From contig OZ024745.1 in NCBI GenBank assembly GCA_964016885.1, positions 68,324,001 through 68,388,000 of the forward strand: a stretch of DNA of 64,000 nt, read 5' to 3'. The position numbers and the translations under genes are program-made. Below the pieces are notes generated by a model, which was given only the letters and a program-made list of their open reading frames with translations, ran no database searches and was not told the DNA's origin. Each line of letters begins with the position of its first letter. Positions within the stretch are counted from its first letter, which is position 1. This document shows, piece after piece, positions 57,647 to 64,000 of the stretch. Source of the stretch: Eledone cirrhosa. Lineage: Eukaryota.

Positions 57647-57814
57647 TATATATGTACATATATATGTATATATATATATATATGCATATATATATGTGTA
57701 TATATATATGCATGTATATGTATATATGTATGTATGTATATATATGTATATATGTATGTATGTATATATATGTATATATGTATGTATGTATATATATGTA
57801 TATATGCATGTATG

Positions 57815-57845
<31 letters not shown>

Positions 57846-57994
57846 GCATATATATATGTGTATATATATATGTGTATATATATATGCATGTATATGTATA
57901 TATGTATGTATGTATATATATGTATATATGTATGTATGTATGTATATATATGTATATATGTATGTATGTATATATATGTATATATGCATGTATG

Positions 57995-58064
<70 letters not shown>

Positions 58065-58081
58065 TATATATACAGACATGT

Positions 58082-58164
<83 letters not shown>

Positions 58165-58190
58165 TATATATACAGACATGTATATATATG

Positions 58191-58222
<32 letters not shown>

Positions 58223-58279
58223 TATACATGTATATATATATATACACAGGTATATACATGGATATATATATACACACAT

Positions 58280-58503
58280 ATATACATGTATATATATACA
58301 TGGTGGCTGCCAACTCGTTTTCGAGTACGGCCACTACTTTATATCCATATAGGAGAACCCCTACCGATGCGCTGAACGAGTGTGACTTTTTAGTCCAGCC
58401 AGCGACTTGAAAACTCTGGTACAAACACTACACTTGTGACAATTATTGACACATAGTGCTGGGCCCATGATACCATGTGATGACAAGTGCAGAGAGATCT
58501 CCA
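58280..58503 (-). mobile_element. RTE-type 3' end fragment
   Basis: Near-identical to 31248-31450; [20 protein letters not shown]. Confidence 0.8.
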
Positions 58504-58845
58504 ATGTATATATATATACACACATATATACATGCATATATATATACACACATATATACATGCATATATATATATATATATATATATACGAAAAAAAATG
58601 AAACGAAATTTCATTTCTCACTCTTAGTACGGCTGTTACTTAAATATAAGTATGTATACGTACATATATATATCTATACAGACGTACAGTAGTATGTATA
58701 TATATATATACATACATGCACACATATATATAAGTACGTATTGATTCACCGAACATTTATTATAATGCTCGGTGTGTTTGTTAACAAACATCCCGAATTA
58801 AGCCGTACAGTGTCTAGCAACCATCGGTGCTCATTTGTTCAACAC

Positions 58846-58910
58846 TGACAAAGGAACGCTGTACTAGTTTCAAGCTTATTAGCTATCGTCAGCAACGTAT
58901 ACCTTCCTGT
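58846..58910 (-). ncRNA. Type I hammerhead ribozyme (family N)
   Basis: ACGTTG-CTGACGA-TAGCT AATA AGCTT-GAAA-CTAG-TA^CAGCGT; palindromic stem III ACTAGT. Confidence 0.85.
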
Positions 58911-58934
58911 ATATGTCTGTTTGTATATTAGTGT

Positions 58935-59026
<92 letters not shown>

Positions 59027-59525
59027 GTGTGTGTGTGCGTGTGTGTGTGGATGGATGGACCAGTATTTTTGTGATATTGGTAAAAATGGTGTACATTATT
59101 CGATATTTTCAGTAATTTGCAAAAGCGATTCTCTCAAAAGAACATCAAAAACATTAATAATAAAAGGGGTGAAATGATGTATAGTATTGTCATAACACCA
59201 AGGTGTGTGTGGGTGTCCAGATTGTACGTACTGCAAGGGGAATCCATTAGGCCCTGCCGTATGGGAATGCTTGTGTACAAATATATATGTGCCCATCAGT
59301 GTGCAATGCATGTGTGCGTATATGTATGTGTGTGTGTCGGCACGTTTATATCTATAGACATCAAAAGGTATGCAAATTTGTGTATATTTGTGTTGCACCA
59401 TAGAACATGTGTGTTTACGTATGACATTGTGTTTATATGTGGATAGAAATGTATGTAGGATGTATGCTGATGTAGGTATGTATGTTGACGTGTGTATGTT
59501 GTGGGTTCGTCTTAGGGAGAAGTGT

Positions 59526-62290
59526 TTAGACGGGGTCCGTATTGTTAATAAAGTGAGATTCCTTGCTGATGTGCTGGGTGTGGGTGGCATTATCTTTAAA
59601 TTTGTAGAGGGGAAAGATTCTAAAGTTGGGATGATTTTGGGCGGCACAGGTATCAATGTGTTCACTCAGTGGTATTTTTCTGTATACCCGTATTTTAATT
59701 TGGGATCTATGGACAGTCATGCGTTTGCGTAGGCTGGCCTATGTATTGTTCTGTATAGTCTGGCCTATGTATTGTTCTCGACAACCTGAGCAAGTTAATA
59801 CATATATTAGATTTTCTGATGCGCATGTGAAATTGTGTTTTACTATAAAACGTTGTCCTTCTTTGAAATAGAATTCCGACCCCTCTATTAGGTTGATGCA
59901 TATGCCACAGTTGGGTCTATCGCATTTTTTTTTACTGTGGGTTTCGTTGTTGTGGTTGGAAGTAATTTGGCATGTGTTAGGATGTTTTTCATTGACTTAG
60001 ATTGTCTTTTGCTCTTTATGATATCGTGTGTTGGAAGGATTTGGTTCATTCTATGGTCCTTTTTTAACACAGGGATGTTCTGGAGGATGGTGTCAAAGGC
60101 CTCATTGTTGAGGGGCTTGTATGGAAGAGCTTTTAGTTTCGGTGGATTTACTTTAGGGTGTCTAAGGTCCTGGGTACTGAGATTTAGGGCACGTTGGATT
60201 CCATTGTCAATTAGTGATGCAAGGTAGTCCCTGCCTATGAGTGTGTCCTTTAGTTCTTGTAGCCGTAAGTAACAGGTGTTTTTATTGGAGAATATAGTAC
60301 ATATTCTCTTGGCTAAGTTGTAGGGAATATTAATTTTAACGTGTCTAGGGTGGCAAGAGTTGAAAGGAAGATATTGCTTGGAGTCTGTGGGCTTGTAGTA
60401 TATGTCTTTTTCTATTTTTTTTGTTATGAATCTTAATGAGGATGTCGAGGAAGGGGAGTTGTTGATGGCTGTATTCCATCGTAAAGTTAATATTGGTGTT
60501 GAGCCCATTTATAAGGGTGTGAAATTCTTTAAGTTTCTCGATGTTTTCGTGCCAAAGGATGAAGCAGTCATCTAGATATCGATTCCAGTTCTTTTCTTTG
60601 TGTAAGTGGAGAGTGTTTCCAAATTTGTTTAGTACTTTAGTGTAGAGGGTGATTTCCAGGTATCCCATGACTAGATTGGCATAAGTGGGGCTGTTTTCGA
60701 TTCCATAGCGGTCCCAGATTTCTGCCTGTAGGATTTGTTATTGAAAACGAAGTAATTGTTCCCCAAGATAAATTTGAGTCCACCTATCACGAATTCTTTT
60801 TTTGATGCGTTGTGGGAATTCATTGTGGTAATTATCCAGCTAGAATTGGATAGATTCTATTCCTAGGTTGTGGGGGATGTTGGAGTATAGGTTGACTAGA
60901 TCGAACGGCACTAGTAGGGTTTGTTCAGAAAGGGGCATATTAGGGAGGTGATTGAGCATATCTAGGTCGTCCCTTATATAGCTTTTGATGTGTTTGAGAA
61001 AAGGCTTGAGAAGGGTATCAATGAAGTTGCTAAGACGGTGGGTTTCGCAAGCGGGGCCTGCTATTATAGGTCTTAATTTGAGATCATTGGGTGAGGGGAC
61101 ATTTATGACTATGTCTGTTGGCTTCCTTGCATGACTTACTTATTAATTCGCTTTTATGTACTTTAGGGATACCGTAGAAAAGGCTGGATTTACTTGTGAA
61201 GTCTGTGATGAAGCTGAATTCCTTGTTAGTGAGTCCTTCTTTGTATTGGTTGATCGGAGCTTTTAGGTTTCTCATAATTTTCTGTTGATTGTAGTGTTCA
61301 GCCTTTTCGTAGTATGCTTCGTTTTCCAAAGTGGAGAGCGCTAAGTTGATATAGAATTCTGTCCCCATTAGGACTACTGTACTCCCTTTATCAGCCTCTT
61401 TAATTGTAATGGTTCTGTCGGTTTTTAATCTATTTAATTCTTCCCATTCTTTCTTGTTGAGGTTTGGCTTGTGTTTTTGTCTGTGCAAGTGTTGGTAAGG
61501 GAAGTTTGTGATGTGTTCACAGAATTTGTCCAGAATTTTATTTCTACCTTTTGATTGGGTGTAGTTGCTTCTATTTCTGGCTAATGATTCATCCTCATTG
61601 TACTGGTCGAATAGCTCTTCACTGAGTCATAACTTTCTACAGAAGTCTGTGATGTCTTCCTTCATTTCATAGTAGTTAGGACGTAGTGTGGTCGGTGTGA
61701 ATTTAAGACCTTTGGAGAGTAAGTTGATAAGGTTGGGTGTTGGTTCTGCACTAGTTAGATTGATAATTTTTATTACTCTCGGTTTCACCTCCCTGTCTTG
61801 TGTTATTTTGTTTTCCTGTATCTGTGTGCTGTGTCTAAAAAATGGCTGGGGTAGAGGGGTTGACTGCTGATGTTAAGTGGTCTCCTGTGTTTGTTATATT
61901 CCTTGTTGTTGTAAAATGTGGTTCGGGTTCGTGGTTGTAGATTGAATGGGGTGTTCCTGTATTGCGAGTATGGATGTGTGTTTCTATGCGCCATGTTGGA
62001 TTGTGGTGTTATAGGTGGCCTACGTTGTTGGTTGTATCGTGTGGTGTGGGTTTGTTGTGTATTGTGGAAGCGAGAGTTGAGAAAATGGAAATTACCTTGC
62101 TGTCCCCTTGAAGCGGGGAAGTTGTTACATCTATCATGGTGGTGGTATCTTTTCCCTATGTTTGACGATGAGGCATCCGCGTAGTAGTTGAGTGATTTGG
62201 TATGGTGTCTCCTTGAAGGGGGAAAGTTGTAAATGTCATCTGGGGGTGATGATTTCTAGGGTTTTTGTTCCTTCTTATGGAAGCGAGGTT
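59526..62290 (-). pseudogene. PLE reverse transcriptase + GIY-YIG endonuclease, frameshifted
   Basis: Motifs in order across frames: LLSKGLKFTPT, ITIKEADKG, FYGIPKVHK, LRPIIAG, FDLVNLYSNIP, YRQKSGTAM, APTYANLVMG, WNRYLDDCF, LPFLDI, YYKPTDSKQYL..SCHP, linker CDRPNCGIC, then NLIYVLTCSGCREQYIGQT..LRKRMTVH..E.HFI. Several frameshifts and stops. Confidence 0.93.
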
Positions 62291-62550
62291 GGGAACACAT
62301 GCATTGCATTGGGCACATACATATTTGTACACAAGTATTTCCATACGGCAGGGCCTAATGGATTCCCCTTGCAGTACGTACAATCTGGACACTCACACAC
62401 ACCTTGGTGTTATGACAATACTATACATCATTTCACCCCTTTTATTATTAATGTTTTTGATGTTCTTTTGGGAGAATCGTTTTTGCAAATTACTGAAAAT
62501 ATCGAATAATGTACACTATTTTTACCAGTATCACAAAAATACTGGTCCAT

Positions 62551-62589
<39 letters not shown>

Positions 62590-62629
62590 CACACACACAT
62601 ATACACACGCGGACACTAACATACAAACA

Positions 62630-62688
<59 letters not shown>

Positions 62689-63254
62689 CTCCGTATAAGA
62701 CAAGAGCTGAAAAATATCTTTCAACATGTTAAAATATCCCCCACACACGTACAGACACATTCCTACTGACCGAATCCCTCTACCACGAACCACTCTGCTA
62801 CACACACACACACATATATTTGTCTTAATAGATACCTGAACTGTTGACCTTTCAACATGACTGCAATTCACACACACATCCCTACTGACTATTATCACAA
62901 CAATGAACCTCTTTACTACACACACACACAAGCGCACACACACATATTTGTTTTAAAAGACTTATTTTTCAGTGACTTCTCAATCAGGCGAAAAAGGACA
63001 CTCTTCGACAAACCTACATTTGGCGCAAAATCAATTTTTAACATTCACGTGACCTCTACCGACCAATCAAAATTGTTTTGACTACAAGAATTTTTGCAAC
63101 ACGAATTGGCGCGAAATTTATAGTACTCATTCACGTGACATTCAACAACCAACCAAATCTTAATACTTCTGGAGCCACTTTTTCACATAAAACAGGAAGA
63201 ATTTCCAAAACTGATCAGATTAGAGCAAACATCACGGGCGCTCTATCTCAAGAT

Positions 63255-63293
63255 TATTTTTAAAAAGCATAAGAAATGCGCAACCGGTAAAAA
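63255..63293 (+). ncRNA. Decayed hammerhead of the TTGAAAA type (family M-like)
   Basis: TTT-TTAAAAA-GCAT AAGAA ATGC-GCAA-CCGG-TA^AAA. Two core substitutions relative to the copies at 607 and 17764. Confidence 0.55.
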
Positions 63294-63430
63294 CTTAAAA
63301 CTAAAACTGAATACTAACCAATACGTATTACTAATTTATACTTATTCCTAATTAAACTATTTTTCACTGGGAAAAATTTGTCAGCATTTTCTTTTCCTTT
63401 TACTAACATATCACAACTCGTGTGTTACAC

Positions 63431-63489
<59 letters not shown>

Positions 63490-64000
63490 TAGCTTTTTTG
63501 CAATAAAACGCCGTGATGTTTTGTATATTTTATAGTCCATAGTCATCTGACTTGCGTTTTTGTATTCATTGATAGTCTAGAAACAGTGCGCACTCTTGAT
63601 AATATGTTTTAGTAAATACAATATATCTGCCAGCCTCTCCTTGGTGTTTAACAATAGATCGCTGACTTACCTATATATTACTTGCCAAATTTATTATCAA
63701 CCTAGCGTATTCAATAGAATCCATCAAATACATGATGTTTTACTCAGAGATACAGATGTACATAGAAAGAGATACATAGTGATTTACAGAGATACACAAT
63801 GATACACACAGACACACACATAAACGATCTTTTAGGCAGAAATATAAGAAATAACACCATGTGTTCATCCTGATCAAAGCAGCAATCATTAAATCAAACT
63901 AGCATGATCTATGATTGCAAAGCTTTTGACATTTAAAACTGGTATCAAATGGCAATAATATAGACACATCAAAAACAAGCAAACTATACGTCACGCAACT

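Larger units (their letters stand above)
58589..63433 (-). mobile_element. Penelope-like retroelement (Neptune-type), 5'-truncated, with inverted terminal arm, flanked by (TA)n
   Basis: RT/GIY-YIG pseudogene at 59526-62290. 59049-59315 is repeated in inverted orientation at 62295-62553, and the match continues through the (CA)n tract. TA tracts lie at both outer ends and an HHR motif lies near each end. Confidence 0.88.

Overview
AT-rich, microsatellite-saturated animal DNA with no recognisable host exon. The SINE/LINE repertoire and repeat density suggest a cephalopod (Octopus-like) intergenic or intronic region; this is inference only. Nearly all listed ORFs are translated microsatellites. 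Real content: (1) a decayed Penelope-like element (PLE; RT + Cys linker + C-terminal GIY-YIG, Neptune-type) at 58589-63433 with an inverted terminal arm; (2) about 20 short, non-coding, head-to-head fold-back insertions and fragments from more than 10 sequence families, nearly all inside (TA)n tracts. They carry about 25 type I hammerhead ribozyme (HHR) motifs folded by eye, including recurrent core variants (CCGANGA, TTGAAAA) and very long stem II inserts; (3) one non-coding ~650-nt HHR unit present as a permuted partial tandem (retrozyme-like); (4) tRNA-derived SINEs, RTE-type LINE fragments and internally deleted RTEs, a non-autonomous Helitron, a Tc1/mariner MITE, and mini/microsatellites. 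Coordinates were read by eye and may be off by a few bases. No folding or database search was run.
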